DNA of 64,000 bases. Origin: Antedon mediterranea. Taxonomy: Eukaryota > Animalia > Echinodermata. Of this stretch, positions 1 through 12,926 are shown in pieces. Numbering within the stretch: position 1 is the first letter of the stretch; every line of letters begins with the position of its first letter. The DNA is taken from contig NC_092675.1 of NCBI RefSeq assembly GCF_964355755.1, forward strand, positions 8,365,812 to 8,429,811, read 5' to 3'. Below the pieces are notes generated by a model. It was not told the DNA's origin and did not search any database. It saw only the letters and a program-made list of their open reading frames with translations. Both the position numbers and the translations under genes were made by a program.

Positions 1-91
1 GTATTATAAGAAAATTCTCCACATGATATTTTTTAAAGAATTTATACCACCCGTCAGCGTAATTCAATCATATAGCAACGAAATGTTAATA

Positions 92-688
92 TTATTTTTT
101 GCTAATATCTCTTACCTTTCCATATTTCCAACCACCCGGCGGTTCGTAGGGGATAGAAAACTCCAACTGTTCATGTTCACCAGTCTTTGAAGCAAGTTCT
201 GGAAGTTCAGAAGAATTATAAATAGGTTTATCATTAGAACTAATTTTCCGTCTCTCCACCGTTTTATGTCCACCGAGAGAAGAACTGATCATGGTTAATT
301 CCGTAGAAGGAATTTCATCAGGATTCGGTGATTGTCCATCTCTTAACGCTGCCCAAGCATTACTCGTGTCTCTGTAGACAATCGTTCTGGAAGAACCAGA
401 TTTGTTAGATACCAAGCTAGCAGTAGATTTTCCAAGGTAGATTGTATTTCCATTTACGCTATCTTTAATGTCATGAACAACAATATCGTTTTCAATTTCA
501 TTTTTTAATAGTGTACTATTTTCAATTAATTCATTTGTAGGTCCTTGTACATTAATAGTCGGTTGCGTCTCCTGCTGACGTGTTGACGTCTTTTTAAATG
601 CAGCAACAGTAAAAGCTGCTCTGCGAAAGGTTTGTACGGCTTTCTGTTGATTTGTTTGCTTTTTTTGTTTTCCAAGTGTAACTCCCAT
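92..688 (-). CDS. Intronless 198-aa ORF, unknown function; Met-Gly N-terminus followed by a polybasic patch
   Basis: 597-nt open frame in AT-rich DNA where random ORFs are short. Starts MGVTLGKQKK. CCAAT-like boxes lie upstream (~970, ~1041). No family recognised. Confidence 0.6.
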   Translation of the reverse strand: MGVTLGKQKKQTNQQKAVQTFRRAAFTVAAFKKTSTRQQETQPTINVQGPTNELIENSTLLKNEIENDIVVHDIKDSVNGNTIYLGKSTASLVSNKSGSSRTIVYRDTSNAWAALRDGQSPNPDEIPSTELTMISSSLGGHKTVERRKISSNDKPIYNSSELPELASKTGEHEQLEFSIPYEPPGGWKYGKVRDISKK

Positions 689-1908
689 GATGGCAAAAAT
701 ATTTCATTTCAACTCAACATTATAAACACACTATTAGTAAATGGAACTTGAGACAAGTGCCAATGACACCTGTTTGACTGGAACCAAAATTGTCCTCAAA
801 CAATTATTTCGTGTTTTCTTAACTTCTTAAAGTGTGACATCGAAACAACCAGTTCATTATGTTGTTATCCGTTGTGATCTTCGTTAATTATTAATTTCCG
901 AAACAAAGTTAAAATAGATTCAATACAGTGCTGTTACAAACAAACAGTTTGACAGTTAGAGTAGAGAATGACCAATGATCTGGTCAATTATATGCCTAAA
1001 AAGCAATACAATTAAGCATCGGACTTTGTTCCCTGATCGTCCAATCACACAATCCAAATGGAAATCAGCTACTCAGAGTAGATTATAAGATCTTTGGTAG
1101 TGTAGTATTTTTTGGTATTGGTGCCCTCTATTGCACAAGCACAAACAAAAACCAACTAACTCGAGCGGAGAGGTGGTTGTCAAAGTGAACCGACGCTCAA
1201 GGAAGACAACAGGATCAAATAAATAAATATTGGATGATGATTTGGTTTTATAACCTTTTGCCATATTATTAGTGAAAAGGGAAAGGTATATTTGTTATAC
1301 AATGATCAGTATTATTATATCGAAATTATAAGTGTAGGTCTAGGCACTAGGCCTAGGAGGGTAGTGGTCGACGTGACGGATCTGAAAAGGTCCTGGGCTG
1401 GGCCCAACCTTGGCCAGTCCAGATCCTACTCTAGTAAGCTAGGCCTAGGCCCTAGTCTAGGCCTGACCTTCCTAACTAAATGATACTTTCAGATCAGTCA
1501 ATGCTATTTGATATCATTCATACATACAGAGGGTGTGACAAAAACCTGTCACGTTTGAAATCTTTTGTGATAACTTCATTCATTTGCTAGGCCTATTGTT
1601 TATTAATTAACAATAATATAGGTAGGCCTAGGCCTAATGTTTGAAGTTATTTATTATTATTATTACGAAAAATTTTAACCTTCTATTCTAAGAAGGCTTC
1701 TTGTTTATTTAGGCTTATAATAATATAGTATGCCTAGGTTGCATGCATGAGCTTTCTTTAACCAACCAACCAATAAGAGCTCGGCTAATGGATTTACAGT
1801 ATGTAGAAGTGTTGAGTATTAGGCCCTATGTATTCTATTGAAGTCGTCTCTTTCAGCAGAGTTGTGTGAATTGTTCCACATACCCGAGTCTTGCATACTG
1901 TATTGTAG

Positions 1909-4520
1909 TTCAAGTTCAAGTTCAAGTTCAAATTTATTCACATAATGCAAACATATACAAAATATAAAAGATACAAGTGGTTGGAAATTAAGTAAATAAT
2001 AGTTGCATTATGCCTGGAGAATACCATTTAAACCCCAAGGGGCTTTAAGCCTGGATCCACCAGAAAGAATAAAAAAGTTAAAAAAGATAATAATAAGCAA
2101 AGTGATGGTACGCTACTGACAGACAGAGACGGACATGTACGACGATACAAACACGACAAGGACGACAGGAAGGACAAACTGTATTTATATGATTTGCCTA
2201 ATTAAATTTAATTATAAGTTATTAATATGATCAAAATAATTAATTTATTTTATATTTTGATATTAGATAAGATTTGTAGTTTATTTTTAGAGTATTATTT
2301 GTTTTGCTATTAGTTATTGACGGATTAAGAGAGTTCCAGAGTAGGGGACCAGTATGTAGTATAGAGTTAAGTATTTGCTTACTGCTATAGTTTTTGGAAA
2401 TGTAGTTGTTTGCGTTCCTAGTGTTATATTTGTGTAGTTCGTTATTTTTAGTGAAGAAACCGTTGAAAGTGGATGGTAGTTTGTTATTTGAGTACCTAAA
2501 CATGAAGAGGGCAGTTTGCAATTTATTAATGTCAAAAATGTTTAGGGTATTTAGGGTGTGAAAAAGAGGTTTAGAGTGGGAGAAGTATTTTGAGAGAGTG
2601 CAAATGCGAAGGGCCTTTTTTTGGAGTTTGAAAAGTTTGTCTATTTTGGTTGTTTCCGTGCTGGTCCATGGACAGAGAGTTCGATGTTTTGAGTTAGTGG
2701 CTGCCCATGCAATGTTGCAGTAAGAGAGATGTGGAAGTATTAGAGTATTATATAAAGAAAAAAGGATGTTAGACGGAAGAGTGAATTTAAGTTTATTTAG
2801 TATGCCAATAGTTCTTGAAATTTAGTTTGATATGTTATTAATATGGAGATTCCAGTTCAGTTTATTATCAATAATTACACCAAGAAAATGGGTGTGGTCG
2901 ACTGGTTTGATGGGTATATTATCGATATAGATATTTGTATTTGTAGCATTATTATTGTTTTTATTTCCGGAAAAGTGAATGTAATTTGTTTTGCTGATGT
3001 TTAGTGAAAGCTTGTTGATTTTAAACCAGTTTGAAACGTTTCGGATTTCTCGGTTGAAAGTTTGAATTAAAGTGTTAGGATCTGGGCTGGAGAGAAAGAT
3101 ATTAGTGTCATCTGCAAATAGAACATAAGAGAAATAGTTTGAGGCATAAATCAGATCATTTATGTAGATTAGGAAGAGAAGGGGACCAAGAATAGAACCT
3201 TGAGGAACGCCACATTTAACAGGAAGGATGTCAGAGGAGTGAGAATTAAAAGAAGTGAATTGCATTCTGTCTTGAAGGTAGTTAGTAATTAGGGATAAAG
3301 GAATTCCACGGATGCCATAGTGGTTAAGTTTAGATAAGAGGATTGAGTGGTCAATAGTGTCAAAAGCTTTGGATAGGTCGAGGAATAGGCCAATGGTGTG
3401 ATGTTTATTTGATAGTGCGACAGAAATTTTATTTGGGATGTCAAGAAGTGCGAGATCAGTGGAATGTTGTAAGCGGAAGCCATACTGGTTGTTTTGAAGA
3501 ATGTTATGGGTAGAGAAGAAATGATAAAGTCTGTCATAGATAATGCGTTCTAGTATTTTAGAAAAGCAAGGTAGGAGAGAGATAGGTCGATAGTTTGAGA
3601 AGGAATGTGGGTCGTTCTTTTTGAAAACGGGGATTACTTTAGCAGTTTTTAGGGAGGAAGGAAAAATACCAGTAGAAAGAGAAAGATTAAAAATATGAGT
3701 AAGGGGACCGGCAATAAATGGTGCAATATCTTTTAAGACCTTAGGGTCAATGTCATCCGGCCCAGAGCTTTTGCCGTTTTTAAATTTTGATGTGATGTCG
3801 AGAATTTCTTTGCTAGAGGTGGGGGAGAAGAAGATAGAGTCTTTGGTGGGGTTGTTGAGAAAGTCAGAGAAATTTCCACCGTTGGATTGGATTTTTGAAG
3901 CAAGCTTGGGGCCAATTTCAGTAAAATATTGATTAAATTTGGTAGCAATTTCAATGGGATCAGTTAATTTAATGTCGTCATTTAGAAAAAATGTGGCTGT
4001 TGTCTTTTGGATGTTTTTCCCTAAGATATTATTGATTGTTTGCCATGTTTTTTTTATGTTGTTTTTGTAATTATCAAATTTATTTGTAAAATGTTGTTTA
4101 CTTGAAATTCTAATCAGATGGGTAAGTTTATTTCTGAATGTTATATAGTTGGTTTTATTGATTTGGGTAGGTGAATTTATGTATTTTTTATATAGTTTAT
4201 TTCGAGTATTTATAGATTTTATTATTCCATTTGTTATCCAAGGTTTGTTTAGTTTGCGTTTATTTATTTTAATTTTTGTCCTTGGAATATTAGTATTGTA
4301 TAATAAAGAAAATTTATCATGGAATGATTTATATGATTCCTCCGCAGAGTTGTTTTCATATACCTCATTCCAGTTTGTGTTGATTAAATTGACACCTAAT
4401 GATGCAATTGTTTTAGAATTAATTTTTCTTGTGGAGTACGTATTTTTAATTTGTATCTGACGAGTATGAGAGTTACCATTGGGATTATTTGGTATTTGGA
4501 ATATTGGGAAGTGATCGGAA
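1909..4520 (-). mobile_element. 5'-truncated, decayed non-LTR retrotransposon (CR1/L2 group) ORF2: end of APE endonuclease plus RT
   Basis: Minus strand gives SDHFPIF at ~4500-4520 (end of APE), FLDLSKAFDTI at ~3350-3385, GVPQGSILGPLLFLIYINDL and LFADDT (ORF 2822..3265), and C-terminal HKYNTR...GPLLWNSL. In-frame stops at ~3733 and ~2822. 3' tail is (TTGAAC)n at 1909-1930. Confidence 0.93.
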
Positions 4521-4629
4521 GTAGTCTATCTAAGCTTAATTCCTTGTGTTTAAAGAGAACACAATTTGATATGGTTTCGATAAGTACAATTTTCTATTAA
4601 TAAATGTTTACTTTCAGCACTATGATATC

Positions 4630-7600
4630 ATGAGTCGCAAGAAACACTCGGCGGCGTGCAATGCTCCATTTGGGACCGACGTTCAACCAACATGTGACAT
4701 GAAAATTATTGGGGGAAGAGCAGTGGAAATTCCTATGGAATCACCGGCAGTGAGGTAAACAAAATTCCAGCATTTTTTTCAGAACATTTAAATATACTAA
4801 ATAAATTATGCACTACAGTTCGTTATCAAATCCATCTTTCGGCCAAGTATCTCTACTGTGCTAATTCACCATCTTGAACCTAAACTACCATTTTGTTTCT
4901 TGAACAAATACTGTACATTCTTTATTTATTTATTACCTTTACTTATTTAGTGCAAAGAAGAGTGGCAGAGATTTACCTCCGGTGCATAACAGTCCAAAGG
5001 AAAGTCCCCGAATACCAAGCCAGTTCAACTACCAAACCTTTAATGATCTTTCACAGAATAAGCAATCTAAAGAACAGGTAGGTTTAAATGATCTGATTTT
5101 GGAATTATGATTGAAATCAACTGGAAAAGATAACAAAGAAGTCATGTCATGTAAATTTATTGTTATTTAAAGTAATGACATTCTCAGGAAGACGATTGTA
5201 TCATAACAACTGATATGTTGAGAGATTCTCAACCATACTTTATTTCCTTTTGTGTACTGCAAACATAAAGGCCAACTAAGACAGCGTCGTCGAGTTGTCT
5301 CGCCGGGAGAAGATTAAACATGTTTAAAGTTCTCGCGACAACCTAAAAACTATGCATATTTTGTCGTGCCTCATCGTACGATGCTGTTTGAGTTGGCCTT
5401 AACTTTACTCATTGTTCTTCAAAATTGTTGAAAATAGGGATTTTCTTATACCTAAGTTGGATATTCTTACATATTCTGAAATATATTGACAACAGAATGA
5501 TACAGATACAGATTCCTTTTCTTATCCAATATTAAATGGAAATTATAGATAGATAGATTCTATTATTTCGCCTAGTACTATTTGATTTTAAAAATACCCC
5601 TTTTTCAGCAAGAACGACTGCGAGCAATTGCTTCTAGAACATCTCCACCAGATAAGAGTAACTCCCACATACATGGTATTAGGTCAAGGTCAGGAAGCCT
5701 TCCAGGTGCTCACAGGTCAGTAGAAAAACTTGATTCACTTAAGCAAAATGTGTTATTTTGATTTTGCTTAAGCAATATAAACTTTGTTTACTTGCTTAAG
5801 AATAGTTATTTATACAGTATACAACAAGTAACATTTCATATGTTAAAGTTACCTGTGTAACTTTAACCTAGCCATGCATATCTAATAAACCAAAATAAAC
5901 AGAGAAAGTGACAAATTTGCACATGTAGTAGATTGCATTATTAAATGATCTTTAAAGGGCTATAGAAATTAAATTTAAGAATATTTACTTTCAGAATTCT
6001 TCCTCCAATACCCAAGTCTGATAGGCCAACCTATCCCTCTAGCGAGAACACACCATGTTCAACTGAAGTAATCTCACCAAATGAGATCCAAGACAAGTCA
6101 AAGATATCAATGACTGTTCAGTTACAAGGCATGCTTAAAGAGTTTGATCCAAATTGCTTTAAAGACATGTACAAGAGCCTAGCAGAGTTTGATCACAGGT
6201 TAACAGGCTATGTAAACCAAGCTCAACTCAACATGATAGCACTGCGGCATGGCTTACCTATTCCAACAACCATGTTGAGACTGCTTTTTAGTAGCTTTGC
6301 AAAGGGTAGTAACCCTGATATGGTCAATTATGAGAAGTTATTACAGTACCTTGCCAGGGCACAACTGGGTTCAGCCAAGGCTGAAACTATGCTTCATGAG
6401 TCGATAAACAGGTACATTTATTGGAATTTCCAGATTTAATCTTGTACTAACTTTTTTTATATTGGATCTTTTTGTTCCGGCGGTAATGACACTGTATCCT
6501 TTTCCGTGCTATGCTAACTTATGCCCATTCCTTTGTAGGTTCCTTCTCCTAGCATTACCTTTTTCCAATTCTTTTAAGTAGTTTTAATGGCTTTCGTATA
6601 TTATCTGATCCTCAACACAGTATTGTTTGACTCAAGCTTTGAGATAAAGAATTGGAAAATATGTATTACATGAAAGAATAGAAACATAAACTTCAAATCT
6701 TAGATTTTGTGCCAAATATATATATATATAGCAGAATATTGTCTGTCCACCAGATCAGACATAGTTCAATGATTGCCTGTAAAGCAGCACTTCTCATTAA
6801 ACCAAACCAGATGTTCTATTCTTTTTATCTATTTCTAGATTTGTGAGTGAAGTAAAGACTCTGGATGGTCCTGATGAACAAGTTTCCTTAGATGAGAAAA
6901 TGGCAAAGTTTGAAGCAATACTCATCAGAAATAAACAGATGTCGCATGAAGAAATTGCTTTAACAGAAAAAAGCCTCAGTCGACAACAAGAAGACTATCA
7001 ACAGATTGAACAAAGGTAATAATTGTTCTGCATGAATTTAATAAGCTACACCTGAGTCATAGCCACCAGTACTACAGGTGGTGAGGTTCACATTCAAATA
7101 GAAATAAGTGAATTTACCCTAGACAATGGATGAGTATTTGCTTTTTTCCAACTTTTAAAATGTAAAGGGAAAACACCATACTATATACAGTATAGCAGGA
7201 CTCTCTATGGTACAATTTGACACATTACTGTAAGGGAAAACACCAAACTATATATAGCAAGCATAGTACAATGCGACATGCGAACAATTAAAATTATTAA
7301 GATTGTTACTATAATAGTTCTTTCTCTTCTACAGTATCTTGCACTTACTACACTACTGTGCTACCAAATACTCCTCACCCCTCTTTAATCTGCCTCTGAA
7401 TTACACCCTTATTATCCTAGCTACATCTCTGAACAAGAAAAATATCATAACATGCAAAATGGATCTATGATTTATGAAGTAATTTAATTGATTGTTGTTT
7501 TAGGGAAAGTAGGCGTTCTTATGAGAAATCTGAAATTCAATCACCAATTATTTATAAGTAAGTAAAACCAGAAATTTTCCTTCAAAAAGCTTTATCTTTT

Positions 7601-10144
7601 AATTTCAACCATCCTACAGTACACAATAGCTATAGATTTTCTATTATTAGTGATTATTTATAAAGTGCCTTTCCAAAAGATAAAAGCGCTGTACAGAGAA
7701 TTAACAGAAACAATGTACAGATAAGATATATATATATAGTGTATACGGTATGATTTTAGTAATAAATATGATTCCACTTTCCTATGGTAGAAAACCAGTA
7801 AAGGTATTTTCTGAGCGAGATGATGCCATGTTGCTAATGTTAATTGAACAACAGATTATTCAAGGTAAAGAGGATAGCATAGATTTGGCAGAGATCAGTG
7901 ATACAATGTCAAGTTATGACAAATATAATGATGGAACCATTACACAAAAACAGGTAAATCAGCTTGCAGTAGAATTGTTGTCATTAAAATATTTTTTTCA
8001 TTGTGATATACTGTACAGTAACTTCTAGATAGCTGTCAATACCATTTTCTAAGACTACAATCGGAAAACAACAACTACTTACTAATACCATAAATGGTCT
8101 TATTTGCACTGTGTTCCTGTTTAAGGCACTCCTTGACCATAGTTATTGTGGTAGTACAAGTCTTCTCAGATAAGGACTGGAGGTCCGATATTACATCTGG
8201 CTTTTGAGCAGTAGGGGTTAACCTTTCTACTAGTGAATTTTGAGACTGAGTTGTTAGTCATTACTAACAACACAGCAGTTGAATCGCATTGTTACAGCTC
8301 AGAAACCACAAGAATGTCCCATTGGGAAGAAAAGAAATACATATTAGAACAGTTGAATAACACTAACTGTTTAACAATTAGTTTCAGGAGGTTTGTTTAA
8401 AGCATAGACTACCATTCCAAGGATCTGTATTGGAGAAGATGTTGATGCGATGTGACACAGGTGATTCAAAGTTAAGGTATATAGACACCATCAACTCAAT
8501 AGCAATTCCAACTGAAAAAATTACAATTTCGTCCCAGTTCACCATATTTTTTAGCTAGATTCAGTAACCTATTTGTAAAGTTACCTGGTTTAAATGGTTT
8601 AAATACTGTGTATGTACAGTGATTTGAGAATGGGTCAAGTAATTTAAGTTTGATTCTTTTTTTTGTCATGTTAGTTGGATAGCCTTCATTGATTTTCTAA
8701 GCAAGGTACAATCTATAAAAACATCGCAAGAACAAATGAATGGGTCCAGTCGTCCAGGCACATGGCCATCACTTGGTATAAGGAAGACGTATGAACAGGA
8801 TGAACATAATCAACCTCTTGCACAGAGCTTCAGGAAGGCACAAGAACAAGTTGATGCTCCATGGCAAAAGAAGAAACCCCTAGGGGTAAAATATATATAG
8901 ATATATATTCTATCTAGCTTTAAAGTAGAAATTAATTATACAAATATTGCCTGCTTATGGGTGTAATATAAAATTTGAGGGATTTATATTTTAGGTATTT
9001 CATATTCTGGTAGCACTAAGGACAAATATAGTCCTATAAAATACAATTCTCAATAATTTTAAACCAATAGAAAAGGCAATATTTGTAGCTAAAGCGTTTC
9101 TGTAGTCCGCAGGAATAACATGGCCTTATGGCTTTTCACCCTCCTTACCTCAACAAAGAATGACCATATCAATGCAAGTAATTACTATTTCATTGTCCTT
9201 ACAATACTGAATAATTCTTCTTCATTAATAAATTTACACTTAGCTTTATAACTACAAACTCTCTTGTTTCCAACCTTTCAGCCTGTCAGAAAATCGTCAG
9301 TAGAAGAGTATGTAACCAGAGATGACACACCATCACCTGCTATAGAGTCATCAAGTGACGGCGCAGAGGATGTCTACCAGCGTAAACAGCTGACTTATCT
9401 TGCCAAAAAGCATCAAGCATTGAGAGATCAAAGCCAAGAAATGATGGATGCTGTAGTAGACAATGAAGTTGAGCCATGGTTCTCTAGGTTTATGCACCTG
9501 GCCCAAGGATTGTACAACAGTGATAGTACAAACACAGGTAAGGTAGGCAGGCTAGGCCTATAATTTAATACCATAAAATAGTAGTTATGATGCTGCCATT
9601 ACTCTAAAGCTTAGAGTGCTAAAACTTATAAGTGCTTTCTATAATCCACTAGCAAAGTTTCACAAGTTAAGCTGTAGTTTGGTTGTTAATATGCATATAT
9701 ACAGTTCAATCCTGGCAACCACTGCACCACACTCCCTTGGCTTCAAATAGGACTATAAGGTTATCGTTCCTTTAATTGCCAAGCAAAAGCAAGAGATTTA
9801 GGCCTTCCAATTTCAAGTTCCAGGGAGACTTGCTGTAATTGGCGAGTTACTTGCTCTTGGATGTGTTTGTAAAAAACAATTCCAAAAATCAAAATATTAT
9901 AGCCATTTTTGTTTAGGCACGGTAAAATACTTTCAAGAAGATGATATTAAAAAGAAATAAATATATTTTTGCAGGTTACCTACCAAAGGAAGAAATGTTA
10001 CGCCTTGTAAACAACTACAATTTGATATACAACTTAAAGATACCAGCGGAGAGAATATATAAAGTGATTAACAGCTGTGTGGGGGTCAGAGGTCAAATAA
10101 TGATTGAACCAGTTCTTGAATCACTCAGGTTAAGTATATACTGA
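4630..10144 (+). CDS. C1orf87: C1orf87 (CREF) orthologue with EF-hand-like repeats; 11 coding exons: 4630-4754, 4951-5077, 5609-5715, 5995-6411, 6839-7015, 7504-7557, 7791-7953, 8382-8476, 8675-8885, 9281-9537, 9975-10144
   Basis: Canonical GT-AG junctions. Motifs MKIIG, FDHRLTGYVNQAQL...MVNYEKLLQYL, EPWFSRFMHLAQGLYNSDSTNTG and RLVNNYNLIYNL...IEPVL match my recollection of human C1orf87 (VKIIG, MVNYEKLL, WIDRF...LYLCDLSNTG, HNYNLIYNL, LEPAL). Confidence 0.85.
5269..5399. mobile_element. PIF/Harbinger-type MITE
   Basis: TIRs aggccaactaagacagc / gctgtttgagttggcct, flanked by TAA on both sides (5266-5268, 5400-5402). Confidence 0.65.
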
Positions 10145-10676
10145 AGCAAACAACAAGTGTTATATTACTTTACAGTTATTATACTGTTATTGCTATACTA
10201 TAGAGTGGCTGGGTGTGCAGTAGTGTTTAATATAATATACTGTACATGATGTGTCTTGCATGTGCATATTTGTAGCACTAAATTAATAACATACTGTAGA
10301 TTTGGTTGGTCATTTTTAATCGTTGAAAAGTTGCTTTGTTGTATTCAATGCATATTTTTCCCATGGTTTTGCTATTGAGTTTTGTTATTGTTGGCTAAAC
10401 TTTCTCTATATACAGTTCTGTGGTCAAAATGGGTAAAACTGCAAACGCTAAGCCTTGTATGCTAATTTGCATAATAAAAGTTTGTTATCAATTATATATA
10501 AATCTTAATTTGACTCCAAATGTCACTTCATGGAGCAATACACCGTTTAGCCTATGTTTAGTGTCCGGCTGATGTAGTGTAAAGACGAAGGTATTACTAC
10601 ATTATTTTATATACAGTTTAATATTACAATGTTATTCACCTATAAATGTATTTGTTTTGTAAATGATTTTTTAATA

Positions 10677-11145
10677 GGGAGGTTTCGCAACCTTACGAAT
10701 ACGATAACGGATACGTCATACATTTGTGAAACTTTTGAGCTGATCCCCATTTCATATTCGTAAAGCGTATTCGAATATCACCAGTCATATTCGTAACTAC
10801 AAAACGAGTATAGTTTTTGATCTATTTTGCACATTTTGCATTTGAATTGGGAATGATTCATGATTATAATATAATTATAGATTTATTGAAAGTAATTTAC
10901 TAAAATGCCAAGTAAATTTTGATAAGCAGTTTTTAAAGTCCTCACTCGCTTTGATGTTACGCTAGGCCTAGGCAACCAAGCAACACGTACCTGCGCTTCG
11001 CTCAAATTTACCGCAGCCATATTTTGGACGTGCCTCAATATTTCGTTGCCATGCGAAAAAGATTTTTTTATGGCTTACGAAAACGAATACGTGTGCGTGA
11101 CGTATCCGTTTTCGTTATCGTATTCGTAAGATTGCGAAACCTCTC
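10677..11145. mobile_element. MITE of ~470 bp with ~35-45 bp TIRs
   Basis: gggaggtttcgcaaccttacgaatacgataacg at the left end; cgttatcgtattcgtaagattgcgaaacctctc at the right end; TA on both flanks. Confidence 0.8.
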
Positions 11146-12768
11146 TATTATATTACAGTATTTATTAATAACATACAGAGTACAGTATTTATGTATATGC
11201 CAAGAAATGTCTACAATATTGTATATATCTTTTTTCTTATGAAACACATTTTCTGTAATGATATTAATTTAATATTATGTACATTAGGTCTTTCAGATAT
11301 TGTAGTATTATTGCACAGTTTTTAAAAATAATATAAGCCTTGATTTGTTACCACTTAGACTTATGAAACAGTCAAAAGTGAATATAATATCTAATTTTAA
11401 TAAAAACATAAATTTCTAATCTTTTTGTTTGTTTTTTTTATATATAATAAAAGTATAAAACCTACAAAATGTAACATCAACTTGTCACTGTTCAAGTATT
11501 GTTAAGTGAATGTTTTAATACAAAGAACATATTATGTACAATATTAATGTATTTTCCATGTGAGTTATAACACATGGCGATAACTGTTTTAAAAAATATA
11601 ATACTCAAGTTTGTAGGCTACGTAACGCGGCGCTCTTGTATACTTCAATTTGATCATTTTAAATAATTAAAATGCATACTAAATTGATTTTTTAATACAG
11701 CAACAGCTTAAATACTCTACCAAATGATTAATTTAAAAGACCAAAAACCAAATGTTTACTTTTAATTGTTTAAAATTATTTCTAATAGTTGCATAGCAAC
11801 CACATCATTCACCAAATTGTTCATAAAGGATCAAATAACACCAGATGTTGAAAATGCACAAAGCATAGAAAAGCAAATATAGACTTTATTAGTAACCTGT
11901 TGATCAAATAAATCTGGATTGTTAATATGCTGTAATGAACAGTAGAGTAGAGAGTTCTTTAATAACCTGACAAGCATGTACTGTTGTGAATGTGAGTATA
12001 GGCCTATTTTTTAAATGTTTTTATTTATTTGCATATTATTCATGAGACAATATTTTAAACTTTTGTTCTAGTTTCAGTTGGTAAAATATTCCATTCTGTA
12101 TTTTAAGGTTCGTTTACCTTGAAAATTTTCCAATTTGGTGTTATTAATGTTTTACAACTTTGCCTACGGGTGCATTTGGCGTTGAGGCAGTCATTAAACT
12201 TAAACATTGAGGATAAATATGATGGTGAAAGGCCTTAATGCATCTGAAAGTTGTAAATAGTAGATATTTCCCTCCATCTTTCATTTAGTTTAACCCAATT
12301 AAGTGTTTTAAAAATATCATTTATTGGTGTATATATATCAGCGGATAGCAGAACTCTACCTAATCTATTTAATAATATTTGAAGCGTATTTAAATTTTTT
12401 GAAGAAGTAAATACAGCTTTATGTATTTAGAATATTATACTATAATGATTGTTTACCTCATGGAATTATTTGTTCCATTGCATTAAACAATTCATTATTT
12501 GTTTTATAACACACCTCCAAATTGGAAAATTTAGTTAGAAAGCATATTACTACAGGTTAATCGAAAGTCAGTCGACCACAGCCTAGCGTCTTGACTTGCA
12601 TGTGGTTGCTTAATCGATGTGTAACAAAAATAAAGGTGCAGAACAACATTTCAGTACTCGCGTGCATATAACAACATTGCACTCTTTATGACGCAATTAA
12701 GAGTGCTATCAAACATTTATTTAACATCATGTGACCCACAATCTTCTAATCAAATTACAAGCTACTTA

Positions 12769-12926
12769 AGCTCTGTCTACACTATCCATCTAGTTTGCAA
12801 AAAAATGTGATGTGCCCAAATATGGTAGTGATATGCTCAAATATAGTAGTGATATGACATCACCATGTCTATATATGGGCACATCATATTTTTTGTCACA
12901 TAAAGTTTAATAGTGTAGAAAGAGCT
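12769..12926. mobile_element. ~155-bp MITE family, copy 1; other copies at ~15766-15923, ~27279-27355 (partial), ~29842-29965, ~35472-35640
   Basis: TIR agctctgtctacacta(t)...tagtgtagacagagct with a shared core gatgtgcccaaatatggtagtgatatg found five times in the window; TA-rich flanks. Confidence 0.85.

Noticed and set aside
2822-3265. RT ORF as a retron, group II intron or other prokaryotic RT system
   Set aside because: The APE end, PQGSILGP/FADDT motifs, microsatellite tail and eukaryotic context identify a decayed LINE.
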